A stretch of 63,875 nt of DNA, filler included, from Globobulimina sp. (GCA_003354225.1; 50 parts of 50 records of this genome joined end to end with filler, not necessarily neighbours in it); one strand, 5' to 3'; counted from the whole stretch's first letter, positions 22,747-34,141 are shown. Translations and numbers: made by a program. The notes: generated from the letters alone by a model not told the origin.

Positions 22747-23042
22747 TTATTTTAAATTTGTGTGCTTTGGAACCATATATTACACACATATTGTACTGTA
22801 ACAATTATCGTAAGAGAAATTGCCTGTTTCTGTTCTGTCAAACCTGTCTGATCTTATAACCTGTATTTCGAGAGTGAAGCAGTGCGCGTGCTGGTGTAAA
22901 CATACAAATAAATGGTAGTTGTTTATTGCGATTGTGTAAANNNNNNNNNNNNNNNNNNNNNNNNNNNNNNNNNNNNNNNNNNNNTTAATTAATTAANNNN
23001 NNNNNNNNNNNNNNNNNNNNNNNNNNNNNNNNNNNNNNNNTA

Positions 23043-23771
23043 ACCACTGAAACTGGCGGTTGTCAGAATAAATGGCAAGATGCAAATATGCAAGTCACAT
23101 ATGGTTCATGTCCAGAATGGGATTGCGATGAGATCACAACGTCATGGCCAAATACTCACGATTGTGGAGCTACATTTGATATCCATGTTGCACCCAATGT
23201 ATATTGAGCCTCATCTAATGGCGTATACCTTTATTATAACCATCATCTTGGTGAGTTTATTTGTGATGATGTTCATACACCAGGTTGTGCTTCAGATCCT
23301 CTATTTGCTGTTTCATTTGATCCTTGGAAGGAATTATTGAAAGGGTCACGTATTGATGTATTATTTGCGGTTATTGCAGTTAATAAGACAGTGTATTGTA
23401 TAGGTATATATGTATTCAATTATTCATTCAAAACCAGTAACAATTGAAATTTGTAAAGGGTATACCACGTCGCCAACAACGATGTTACCCACTGCAGATT
23501 TTCCAACTACAGCAATTCCGATCACTAATGAAGGTATTGTAATATCTCAGATTCTAAATATAATTTTGTTAATGTTAATATTTTAGAGCAAGTATCAGAT
23601 GAAGTTTCGACAACCATGGCATTAGATACAAGATCCCATTCACAAAACAACCAAAAGCCTTCTGTTATCATAATTATTTGTATTGTACTGATATTCATAT
23701 TAATTTCATGTGCTATAACAGTATACGTATTAAACCAATTAATTCAAATTAAAACAGAAGCACAAAATTGA
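23043..23771 (+). pseudogene. Partial type I membrane protein with one in-frame TGA (exons 23043-23403, 23459-23533, 23587-23771)
   Basis: A Cys-containing ectodomain, P/T stalk and TM (VIIIICIVLIFILISCAITVYVL) join via 55- and 53-nt introns. The TGA at 23205-23207 interrupts an otherwise continuous frame. Confidence 0.6.
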
Positions 23772-23784
23772 AAAATACATAATA

Positions 23785-24220
23785 TTAAACATTACCAGCA
23801 GTTAGTTGATCATTACCAGCAGTGATTCCTTGCTGTGTCGCTGGCGTGATGTCATTATTTGGTCGATACAAATCTTCATCACTGTCGTTACCATTACCTT
23901 CAGCAAATATATTCTCTCCAACATTACGATTTGGTGACAAATTACCATTATCATCACTCGTTACACTCACGGACTTAACGCTCGTCATACCTGGAACTGT
24001 ACTATTATCCAATTCATTTGATATACCATCAATATTACATACCTTCGGAGCCAACTCGAGCTCAATATTATTTAATTTATTTTGTTTTCGTTTTTGAATA
24101 TGCCTTTCAAACATTCACTAAACACTTTCTTTTGGAACATGCAGCTTTGAAACTATAAGATCTGTTCTAAAGTATTAACTTTTATGAGCACTAAGCCACT
24201 AACTCACTTCAAAAAATCTT
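23785..24220 (-). CDS. C-terminal low-complexity tail of an unidentified protein
   Basis: Acidic/Gly tail ending ...QQGITAGNDQLTAGNV*; convergent with the gene at 23043. Confidence 0.45.
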
Positions 24221-24579
24221 NNNNNNNNNNNNNNNNNNNNNNNNNNNNNNNNNNNNNNNNNNNNTTAATTAATTAANNNNNNNNNNNNNNNNNNNNNNNN
24301 NNNNNNNNNNNNNNNNNNNNTTAAAAAAGATATAATAAATCAAACCAAATCAAATCAATAAGACAAATCACCTGTGCACTGATTAATTTGTAAAAAATAA
24401 AAATTGGTAATCAGATTTACAAACAATCAGAAAAAAAAACTAGTTTGCAAAAACACTGATTGTATATGACTTCATTTCAAATAAAATCATAGTACGGTTG
24501 TATTAATGCATAAATATATAAATACATACCTGAAAAAAGAATAAAAAACAAAAAAAATCAACCACTCACTCAAATAATA

Positions 24580-24790
24580 TTGCAAAATAATAAGTGTGCC
24601 CAGTTGTTGTTGCTGGTACATGCAAGAAAAATAAAATAACCATAAAATTATTGTGCACGAGTTACTGCAGCAGGTTAACCTAAAATAAAATAAGCATAAA
24701 ATAATTATTGTGCACGAGTTGCTTCTGCTGGTTCACCAAAAATAAAATAACACATAAAATAAATACTGTGCACGATATTAGTCTAAAATT
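24580..24790. repeat. Degenerate ~57-bp tandem repeat (3-4 copies)
   Basis: Recurrent aaaataaaataa..cataaaat..ttattgtgcacgagtt..gc(a/t)ggtt units. Confidence 0.75.
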
Positions 24791-25259
24791 GTCCGCGTAG
24801 TGCACTGAAAATAATGTACCAATATTAATAAAAATACCGCGGATTTGTGTCGGACCATAAAATATCACGTGTCCGGATAATACCAAAATTACTGTGAACG
24901 TGTTGGCTGTCACAGCAAATAGAATAACCATAAAAATAACAAGTAAAATAACCATAAAATGTATATCACGTGTTTAATAATGTAATGTGTAATATCACGT
25001 GTCCGGACTTCTGAATTTGCTGGAAATTGCTAATGCGTACTGACAATAATGATAAGTTGCCTCTGTATACTTTGTACGTCTTATTTATTTAGCTCTCGGT
25101 GTTTGTTTGCTTGCCAAGACGTTGCAAATTGATTTTACCAATGCGTGGTTTGACAATAGCCAAATTGTAGCAGTTGATATTCACCAATGCGTACTTGACA
25201 TACAATGATACGTTGTCAATTAATATGACATTGCCATGAAGTGAAGTGAAGTGAAGTTA

Positions 25260-25500
25260 ATAATTATTCGCCAGAAACAAAAGGTTGATCCCATATGTTA
25301 AATAAAAACAATCAATCATTATATCATGATCTACCTGAATATATCAAACGATATGTACTCTCTGGACGCTTCTTCATCAATACACACCACATATTATGCT
25401 ATAATCATACTGGTCGCGGATCGGAATCATATGAATTAACCGTATTACCCGCATCATTGCATAATTCAATCAAACAATTAGCTCATACCCCGATGCATCA
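25260..25500 (+). mobile_element. Degenerate Ty3/Gypsy pol fragment (RNaseH-integrase linker and start of the integrase zinc finger)
   Basis: IIIRQKQKVDPIC*, then in a shifted frame LTVLPASLHNSIKQLAHTPMH, matching the Q..DP and (L)VVP..LR..IL..AH...H motifs. Confidence 0.55.
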
Positions 25501-25959
25501 NNNNNNNNNNNNNNNNNNNNNNNNNNNNNNNNNNNNNNNNNNNNTTAATTAATTAANNNNNNNNNNNNNNNNNNNNNNNNNNNNNNNNNNNNNNNNNNNN
25601 AGAACCACCTGAACCACCAGCTAGAACATTAAACAGACTAAACCTTTTCGCTTTTTTATAATTATATTTTGTTTTTAAACTAATATACCATCATTTTAAA
25701 CAAAGAAGACAGCATAATTGACTAAATGACCGAAAATAGCTTAAAGCAGCTAACTTCGAAGCACTAGAACCTAAGAAGCTCAGAAACAAATCCTTGCTGG
25801 TACATATTTCAGAGTATTTAGGACAGCTTGGTCCGAACCGAAACCGATATTTCCCCTCCTCTGCGATGAAGACCGAAGTAGAAACTATGTTAGCTTTAAA
25901 AATGGTTTGACTAAAAAACTAACAACTACATTGGATTCGTATATGTGCCCACCCAGCAT

Positions 25960-26780
25960 AATAAAACAAATTTCAGCTGAATCCAACCAATATTGAACGT
26001 TTTATAATGATAACTCTTTCACTCCGCGACCCCGCGAATCGGTGGTTACAAAATCGCCGGACCGAAATTGACATGTATTTTGTGTTCGTCCATGTATCCA
26101 ATACCCACAAAACAAATTTCAACCGAATCCGACCGATATTGAAGGTTCTATAACCATTCCCATTTAAATTCGAGACCCCGCGAATCTCCGGTTCCTGAAT
26201 CGCCGAACCAAAATTGACATGCATTTTATGTTCGTCAATGTACCCAATACCCACAAAACAAATTTCAGCTGAATCCGACCAATATTGAACGTTTTATAAT
26301 GATTCCTCTTTCACTCCCCGACCCCGCGAATCGATGTTTAAGAAATCGCCGAACCGAAATTGACATCTATTTTGTGTGTTTGTCAATGTACCCAATACCC
26401 ACAAAACAAATTTCAACCCAATCCGACCAATATCGAACGTTCTATAACGATTCCAATTTCACTTCGCGACCCCGCGAATATCCGGTTCCTGAATCGCCGA
26501 ACCAAAATTTACATCTATTTTATGTTCGTCAATGTGCCCAGTATCACACAAAAAAAATACAGCCGAATCCGACCAATATTGAAGGTTTTATAACCATTCC
26601 CATTTCACTTCGCGACCCCGCGAATCTCCGGTTCCGGAATAGCCGAGCCGAAATTGACATGTATTTTGTGTTCGTCCATGTACCCAACACCCACAAAACA
26701 AATTTCAGCTCGATCTAGTCAATATTGAACGTTTTATAACGATTCCCATTTCACTTCGCGACCCCGCGAATCTCCGGTTC
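25960..26780. repeat. Tandem satellite, ~146-bp unit, about 5.5 copies, running off the contig
   Basis: The anchor aaaacaaatttc (one degenerate copy) lies at about 25963, 26109, 26255, 26403, 26549 and 26695. Conserved core gaccccgcgaat...ccgaaattgacat. Confidence 0.95.
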
Positions 26781-26881
26781 NNNNNNNNNNNNNNNNNNNN
26801 NNNNNNNNNNNNNNNNNNNNNNNNTTAATTAATTAANNNNNNNNNNNNNNNNNNNNNNNNNNNNNNNNNNNNNNNNNNNNA

Positions 26882-27424
26882 CAGAAATACCCAACAAAAA
26901 GAGAAAGACTGTTTGAAGATAATAAGTATTTTTGTTATGTTTGTAATCATTGGATGTTATTTGATCAATTCTATCCGCAGCATAGTAAGACAGTATGCAA
27001 AAAATGTGAAATACAAAAGCGGATTCAGCATAGAAATACCCTCCGGGGATTCATGCAGAGTATGATATCGAACGCCAAGAATAATGCAAGGAAACGTAAA
27101 TCTGCAGATGATGATACACGAGATGAATGCACTATCACTTTAGATGATTTGTTTGAGTTATTGAAAGCACAGAACTTTAGATGTAAATATTCAGGAATTC
27201 CGATGACATTCCAAGCACATACAGACTGGAGATGTTCACTTGAGAGAGTTAACAATATGAAAGGTTATACAAAACATAATGTTGTATTGATATGTTGGGA
27301 ATTTAATTCGACTGACAGATCACCAGTCGCCAAAAATCCGATGTTTGGGTCTGCCCAATGGACAACAGAGAAATTCGAATATTTTTATAAGATACGATTT
27401 GGTGACAATATTTCAGTACCTTGA
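26882..27424 (+). CDS. Zn-ribbon + HNH-like (His-Me finger) endonuclease, 5' truncated
   Basis: Frame open from the contig start: FCYVC...VCKKC, then ITLDDLFELLKAQNFRCKYSGIPM...CSLERVNNMKGYTKHNVVLICWEFN. Confidence 0.8.
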   Translation, partial: QKYPTKRERLFEDNKYFCYVCNHWMLFDQFYPQHSKTVCKKCEIQKRIQHRNTLRGFMQSMISNAKNNARKRKSADDDTRDECTITLDDLFELLKAQNFRCKYSGIPMTFQAHTDWRCSLERVNNMKGYTKHNVVLICWEFNSTDRSPVAKNPMFGSAQWTTEKFEYFYKIRFGDNISVP

Positions 27425-28160
27425 CTTAATTTAATTATGAAAACCCTTTAATGGACACTTGGAACTGCCCATAATGTACTTTTTCAAATCATGCATGTTT
27501 ACTATCTTGTGAACTATGTGAAACACCGAAACCAGATTCAAAATCAAACAAAAGCAAGGATGACAATCCATTACTATTTTGCACATTTTGTTACATTTCT
27601 GTTATTTTCCTGCATCAGAAAGTAACCATTCTACTAGTTTTAGTTTCTTAATGTTATAGAATGTACTACTTTCTCATCAATGAGAATGACCATATTCCAA
27701 GCTTTGTAAATAGAAAAGTATTTTTATATTGACTTTTGTTTACAAGATAACTTATTACGCGTTTTTGCACATATTATGTAAACAAATAATTGAATGTAAA
27801 TATGAATCGATGATGGTTGGTATGACATATTTTATACTGTATCTACTTAACAAAATAGGTTATATTTACAGGGTTAAAATCAGGACGCCAGGATGTTGAT
27901 GGATTGTTACCAAACAATTTGTATCGCCGGTCATCACATATTTATCAGCGGATAGACTTAATGTCAATGAGTTAGGCAGTAAAATGTTGATAGAAAGGAT
28001 ATTAATATTGTTGTTATTCAAACGCATACTAAAAATAATAAAATAACATGTAAAATGTAANNNNNNNNNNNNNNNNNNNNNNNNNNNNNNNNNNNNNNNN
28101 NNNNTTAATTAATTAANNNNNNNNNNNNNNNNNNNNNNNNNNNNNNNNNNNNNNNNNNNN

Positions 28161-28565
28161 TACATGCATCTCATTTCCTGTGGCGATTTGTGTTTGGTGA
28201 GGATTAAAGGTTGCAAATGTGTCTTGTGTTACTGTTATTGATACTGAATCATGACATGATGACACTCCGTCCCAACCACCAAAGTAAATGTTCCATGTCG
28301 CTTCGCCGTTGTTAACAACTGACGGCGCGTAAATATTTTTTGGACAAGTTCCTGAATTGCGAGGCGCTATCAAAGGGAACCTATATTCATAATGCCAGTT
28401 GAACATTTTATTTGGATTAAACGCATCTGCGCCAATTCCATTTATTTGAATTGCATTTAGCATCCCATTTTTTCCAATTTTGGTGAAAGACTGTGATGTA
28501 TTTTCATTGCTCAGTAAAATAATGATTACAGTAAAAGTAAGTGTAAACATCGTATGCGACTGCAA
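28161..28565 (-). CDS. Secreted beta-propeller glycoside-hydrolase-like protein (GH32/GH43-like), N-terminal part
   Basis: Signal peptide; NIYAPSVVNNGEATWNIYFGGWDG is typical of five-bladed propeller glycosidases. Confidence 0.55.
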
Positions 28566-28909
28566 ACAATATATTCAGATAGATAACCCCCCGGGGAAAA
28601 ATAGATTAAAAATATAATTAATAACGTTAAAAGTTTGTTTACTCCAGTCCAGTACGAAGAAGTGTAAAAAAGGTTTGTATAATGACATGGGTATTGTAAT
28701 TTTTTGAATATTATTTTATTGTCAGTTTTCATTACCATATATCGGTAAATCAATTTTTGATCCATTGTCAAATCTTCTAGCTATAAAAACACATACAAAT
28801 GTTTCTTGTTCGCAATTAATCAGACACAAAACAATAATTTATTATTATAATGATAATAAGTCAGTTATCACCACCAATACAAATATATAGTATATATTAA
28901 AAAAAAATA

Positions 28910-29340
28910 TTATCTCATTAAAAAATTAATGACAAGAATAATAACGACTGTAAGCGGCAAAATTGTCTTTTTTACGAAATAATCGTAAAACCACGTTTCG
29001 TACATTACAAATGATAATACGAACACACCAATAAACACAAATAATTCTTTGATTGCGTGACTCTCTACGCTTAAATCATAAAATAAATACATTGTCCTAT
29101 ACAACCGAAAATATTTCATATCAATTGTCTTTAATCGATTCCATAGACTTAACACCAAAATACAATAAATAACAATCATTGTATCACAAGTCAAGAATTG
29201 TATTCTTTTCGCTTTACATAAATCAGATTTTAATATAAATTCCTCCTCAAATCTCCCTAAACATAAACTATCCATTAACTGCAAAATCATCAATGCATTA
29301 AACCAACAATATATTAAAAACGACATCCATCGAATATAAA
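28910..29340 (-). CDS. C-terminal part of a multi-pass membrane protein
   Basis: Four hydrophobic segments; no family recognised. Confidence 0.5.
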
Positions 29341-29886
29341 NNNNNNNNNNNNNNNNNNNNNNNNNNNNNNNNNNNNNNNNNNNNTTAATTAATTAANNNN
29401 NNNNNNNNNNNNNNNNNNNNNNNNNNNNNNNNNNNNNNNNTGAACATCCCGACGAGGTTAGACCGGCCTAATACGGAGATGAAGCGTTTCAAATTGAGTT
29501 TCTCCAAACGATGAGTGACTAGTAATTTATCAGCGATGTTAATTTATCGGCGATGTTGAATAATTTTTGAAAAACTAGGCAAACACATGACAAGTAATAA
29601 AAAAAAAGTTTTAAATTTTGACAACAAAAAATATTGCTTATAATAAAAAAAGCAAGGACACAATTAACAGAAATATTACGATAAAGATTGAATGTACAAA
29701 AATACTACACATAAAAACCGTAAATAATATAAATGCACATAAAAAAACATAAGTAGGAGTAATATAAAAAATGTCATATGATATCAAACAAATTATAAAA
29801 AAAAAGAAAACACGCATTACACAAACTGTTACAAACAAAAGTCACAAACACAAACACAATTTTATTTGCATTGGATAATATTTAAG

Positions 29887-30618
29887 TTATTCAATAATAA
29901 CAGCAACTTTATCACTTTGATTATCACTTTTATGGCCATTATCTGTTACAATAACAATGCCATCCCCATCACCTTTCACCTTCCCAACCTCTGCAGCCTC
30001 AACCCGCGTTAATTGGATATGCTGGATAAGCGAAGATCTGTCGTCCTTCCCCCCTTTGGTAGAAACATCCGTTGACTCAATCAACGAACTCAACAAAGTA
30101 TTGGAATTATTGTACGCCGGCGCGGTATCTGCCAATTTCATAGTTTTCGTCGTCTGTTTCGTTAATTGTTTATCCCATTCAATAATCCAATTCTTACTCA
30201 ATTTAAACGGAATCTTCACGTCAAACTTCTTTTTCTTGTCATTCTCATACGAATGGCGTAAAAACTGCGTAAAATGCGGGATCACCACCTTCCAAACCGA
30301 GTTGTAAACGCCTTGGAAAATCTTCTCTTTTGTGATATTCATACCCGATTTGTAAACACCAGCTTGATACGAAATGATTGAGGCGGAGTTATTATGCGGG
30401 TCATCCTTCCAAATCCCCTCTAACTGTTTATATTCCTCGTCGGCCGACTCTTTTTCCTCAGTTTTACTGCTTTTCTCCTCGTGCTTTTTCTCAATTTGGT
30501 GCCTAATCGCAGCCAATAACTGTTTCCGGATTTTCATCAAAATCGACCGCTTCGTTCCCGAAATATTGATACATTTATCCCCCTTTTGGTTGACGTACGT
30601 ATGGATAATTTGTAAGAT
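29887..30618 (-). CDS. RGS-domain protein, C-terminal part
   Basis: IIHTYVNQKGDKCINISGTKRSIL ... IFQGVYNSVWKVVIPHFTQFL match the RGS C-terminal helices, with a long insert between them. Confidence 0.65.
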   Translation of the reverse strand: MLQIIHTYVNQKGDKCINISGTKRSILMKIRKQLLAAIRHQIEKKHEEKSSKTEEKESADEEYKQLEGIWKDDPHNNSASIISYQAGVYKSGMNITKEKIFQGVYNSVWKVVIPHFTQFLRHSYENDKKKKFDVKIPFKLSKNWIIEWDKQLTKQTTKTMKLADTAPAYNNSNTLLSSLIESTDVSTKGGKDDRSSLIQHIQLTRVEAAEVGKVKGDGDGIVIVTDNGHKSDNQSDKVAVIIE

Positions 30619-30798
30619 ATNNNNNNNNNNNNNNNNNNNNNNNNNNNNNNNNNNNNNNNNNNNNTTAATTAATTAANNNNNNNNNNNNNNNNNNNNNNNN
30701 NNNNNNNNNNNNNNNNNNNNTACGTTCTACCTCTGTCTGTATTTTTTACAGGTGTCAAGATTTATTGTCAAATATCGATTATCTAATAAATTAACGCC

Positions 30799-31655
30799 AT
30801 GGAGCATTTTGATAAGGTCATGTTGGTAACGAAAGATGGTACTCAGTTACGGAAAACTGCATTCAGAAAATTTGCTTTCGAACCAAAGGAAATGAAAAAG
30901 GAACGGTATATTTGCAGAAACGACGAATGCTGTGACAGAAACAGTCCCGATTGGAAGAAGCAATGTTTCGGTAAGTCATTAAATATTTTCAATGCAAAAC
31001 ACACTTCAATTTGTCACTTTAGACACATTGCAACAGGCAAAGGAACACATCTACAAAAGACATTACGGTCTAATGTACAAATGTTTGAATTGCCGTAATT
31101 ATTGGACTACACGAGAAAAGTTGGTTAAACATTTGAAAAATAGTCACGACGAAGTTGTTTATGATACAAACTCGGCATACAGTAATCCAGAAATGTCAAA
31201 CTACATTTTCGACAGTGCAAAGAAGTGAGTAGTTATCAATTTTTGCATAAAAAATTGACAGCTGTATAATTTTTAGACATTTTGAAAATATGATCCTTCA
31301 TTTCACACGATCGGATGTGATCGAAACTCGATTCTACTGCATTTACGGTTTGTGTAAAGCAGAATTATTCGATGGTAGTACCGTTCCTCTTGAATTCGGC
31401 ATGTTTACTTATTGTACTAGAATCTTGTGTGTTGTGAATAATTACTTCTTTTTAGACAGTGAGCAGGCAGTGTGGGAACATTTGTATCATGCTCATTTGC
31501 ATAAATCATTCATATGCAAACATGACAAGTTGGCGTGGTGTACTCGTGCCGCATATGTCGCTCATTTAAAATTGATGCATGATGAAAAAGTTGAAGAAGA
31601 TATGTATTTGAAACCGGAAGTAGATAGAGAAGTGCATCTTGAAGCTGAAAAGTAA
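30799..31655 (+). CDS. C2H2 zinc-finger protein (introns 30971-31022, 31225-31276, probably 31375-31455)
   Basis: Two 52-nt GT..AG introns fuse three ORFs in frame: ICRNDECC..CFDTLQQAKEHIYKRH, YKCLNC..HLKNSH, FYCIYGLC..HLYHAH, FICKHD..HLKLMH. Confidence 0.85.
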
Positions 31656-32000
31656 GTAGAATGCTATGTGAAATGTTGACCACCTTTAACAGTTTCATTT
31701 CCAGAATGTTCAAACTGTACATAAATCCAAGAAAAGTAACCGTAATTCCTGAATGCGAAACAGATAGTAATCCAGAAGATACTGATTGATTATTCATTAT
31801 GTATTTGTTGAATTTGACAGCACGATTAGCGTGTTGAGATAAACGTTTTGAAGTTGTTTTTTGATTGACCGACAATATTAGAATGTCAATTGTGTCATAT
31901 NNNNNNNNNNNNNNNNNNNNNNNNNNNNNNNNNNNNNNNNNNNNTTAATTAATTAANNNNNNNNNNNNNNNNNNNNNNNNNNNNNNNNNNNNNNNNNNNN

Positions 32001-32297
32001 TACGACCCATCGGATAAAACTATCATTGGAGACCACGACAACCAGCAAGTTTATATAATATTTGATCACCACAACAAAGTGTTACATGGTGATATTTGTG
32101 CGTTATTTCACCATTTGGATCATAATGCCATTAAAAATGATGACGAAGCGCCGTATTTTCTGCTCGGCGAAGATTACAAGAAAGGAGAGACGCAATCGAT
32201 TTTCTGCGATGGTAAACTACCACACTGCATTGCTAAGAATACGACGCCACTGCAAATAAACAACAATATCCATCGAAATCAATCACAAACAACATAG
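32001..32297 (+). CDS. C-terminal fragment of a hypothetical protein
   Basis: Frame open from the contig start (YDPSDKTIIGDHDNQQVYIIFDH...). Confidence 0.4.
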   Translation, partial: YDPSDKTIIGDHDNQQVYIIFDHHNKVLHGDICALFHHLDHNAIKNDDEAPYFLLGEDYKKGETQSIFCDGKLPHCIAKNTTPLQINNNIHRNQSQTT

Positions 32298-32582
32298 CAA
32301 CGGCTATCATAATGGTTATCGATCATATATATATTCAATGTATCATCATATGGCACAGACACAGCAACAGCTACAAACGTGCTATAATAAAGCAACTAAC
32401 TCGTATGTAATAATAATGTGAGTGTATCTATTCACATTCCAGTGCCTCTCATCACCGATAACTGCAATTGCCACGGCCAGATTATGTAACATATTCTTTT
32501 GTTTTCAAAGGAATTAAATCAAAAAATTAGTTTGAATAAAATAAAATATTTTGTCGTTAAAATTAGAGAGTCAAGGATAGAT

Positions 32583-33179
32583 TTATGATCTTTTTGGTCC
32601 ATTTTTATTTTTTTGTTTATTTTTAGCTCTTAATATTTTTGATTTTGATTTTGATTTTCTTTTCTGTCCCAATTTAACTGTCGCTGTTCTCTGTGACGAC
32701 AAAACTTGTGTTACCGTTTCCAAATTATGTTTATGTCGTAAATCCGAGAATAAATTTGTCTCCGTTTCTGAATCCGAATCACTGTCAATTTGTATTATTT
32801 CACTCTTATTGTTACTCTCCAATGATCGCACTGTGACTACATTGTTAGAATTGAGTTTGATAATTTGTGTTTGCGTACCAATACCATCCATAATATCCAT
32901 ATCATCCATATGATCCATATCAGCATCATCATCATCACTACAATGTACATGAACTCTTTTTGTCTGACACATTTCACATTTTTTCAGCGTAATATCATTC
33001 CGCATTGTACAACGAGCACAAAACCAGCCAGTTGATTCTTGTGTGGTTTGTTCATTTGCAGGCAACAAAATAATTTGTTTTTCTTCTTTTTCTTCTTTCT
33101 CATTTAATATCAATATATCATCACTCTGCTCACTCTGTTCATTCTCTTCTGATTCCGAATTATCACACTCTTTTTTGAC
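32583..33179 (-). CDS. C-terminal part of a RanBP2-type zinc-finger protein with a basic tail
   Basis: GWFCARCTMRNDITLKKCEMC matches W-x-C-x2-C-x3-N-x6-C-x2-C. Confidence 0.8.
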   Translation of the reverse strand, partial: VKKECDNSESEENEQSEQSDDILILNEKEEKEEKQIILLPANEQTTQESTGWFCARCTMRNDITLKKCEMCQTKRVHVHCSDDDDADMDHMDDMDIMDGIGTQTQIIKLNSNNVVTVRSLESNNKSEIIQIDSDSDSETETNLFSDLRHKHNLETVTQVLSSQRTATVKLGQKRKSKSKSKILRAKNKQKNKNGPKRS

Positions 33180-33279
33180 NNNNNNNNNNNNNNNNNNNNN
33201 NNNNNNNNNNNNNNNNNNNNNNNTTAATTAATTAANNNNNNNNNNNNNNNNNNNNNNNNNNNNNNNNNNNNNNNNNNNN

Positions 33280-33441
33280 TAAATCCTGCAATGCTTTTTT
33301 ATCATTTATGTTAATCTTTTGTGTCAACTCAATATCCGAAATGTATGCAAAATGAGCAAATTCTTCAACGGACAAAGATGAAAACGAGCGGGTTAATAGT
33401 TTGCAGTTGAATGCCTTTCTCAGAGTCAAACAAGTAGCCAT
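33280..33441 (-). CDS. N-terminus of a mitochondrion-targeted protein, possibly GatC-like
   Basis: MATCLTLRKAFNCKLLTRSFSS is transit-peptide-like. LSVEEFAHFAYISDIEL...DL resembles the GatC N-terminus. Confidence 0.45.
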
Positions 33442-33460
33442 TGTAAGAGCAAAAACTGTA

Positions 33461-34141
33461 ATGAAACCTATATTCACGATGCATGTCCTTTTAGCACTAC
33501 TAATCACTTTATCTCAAATGATATGTTTTTTTGCTGGATACATTCAAGTCGATGATCAGTTTAATGAGTTTATAGCTTTTCTAGAGATCGATTCCAGTTT
33601 AAACATTTATGAATTAAAGCAGATTATGAATACAACATTAATCCGTTTGGCTTACAAAGATATATCCCATTTTGGAATAAAATATGCTGGTGAATTTATT
33701 GAAGATTTAGAATATTATGTCTGTGATGAAACCACTCATTTAGAACATATAGGAATAAATGCAGAGACCGATGAAATATCAGTAATACAAATTTTTCCGT
33801 TGGTTAAAGTTCGCATTCATTATCATTTATATCCACATCCATTTTATATTATGATTCGGTCAGATTTGTCCTTTGCTCATTTATTTGCAGAAATTAAACA
33901 AAGAATTGATGAGTTAACGTTATCTGTATCAGAGTCAGAGTCAAAGTATACTTTGCTATTAAATGATACTTTTATTCATAATTTGAATGAGTCAGTGAAG
34001 TTGAAAGAGATCGGATTATCGCCATTCAAAGAGGATACAATTAAAGTCAACACACAATTGCAAGCATCAATATTTCCAAAACCGTTTCTCTATTTTGATC
34101 CATTGGATATTCCTCTCCCTGCACTTCCAATGCAAAATTGA
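33461..34141 (+). CDS. Signal peptide + two tandem ubiquitin-like (beta-grasp) domains
   Basis: Hydrophobic N-terminus (M)HVLLALLITLSQMICFFAG. LEIDSSLNIYELKQIM...IKYAGEFIED...HLEHIGI and IMIRSDLSFAHLFAEIKQ...LLLND...KLKEIGL...DTIKV follow the Ubl pattern. Confidence 0.55.
   Translation: MKPIFTMHVLLALLITLSQMICFFAGYIQVDDQFNEFIAFLEIDSSLNIYELKQIMNTTLIRLAYKDISHFGIKYAGEFIEDLEYYVCDETTHLEHIGINAETDEISVIQIFPLVKVRIHYHLYPHPFYIMIRSDLSFAHLFAEIKQRIDELTLSVSESESKYTLLLNDTFIHNLNESVKLKEIGLSPFKEDTIKVNTQLQASIFPKPFLYFDPLDIPLPALPMQN

Noticed and set aside
25973..26718. ORFs 25973-26254, 26299-26718 and 26360-26593
   Set aside because: They lie entirely within the 146-bp satellite, whose period is not a multiple of three.
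25960..26780. CRISPR array
   Set aside because: Whole 146-bp units are similar along their length. There are no unique spacers and no cas genes.
30992..31098. Programmed frameshift between overlapping zinc-finger ORFs
   Set aside because: Explained by a canonical 52-nt intron.
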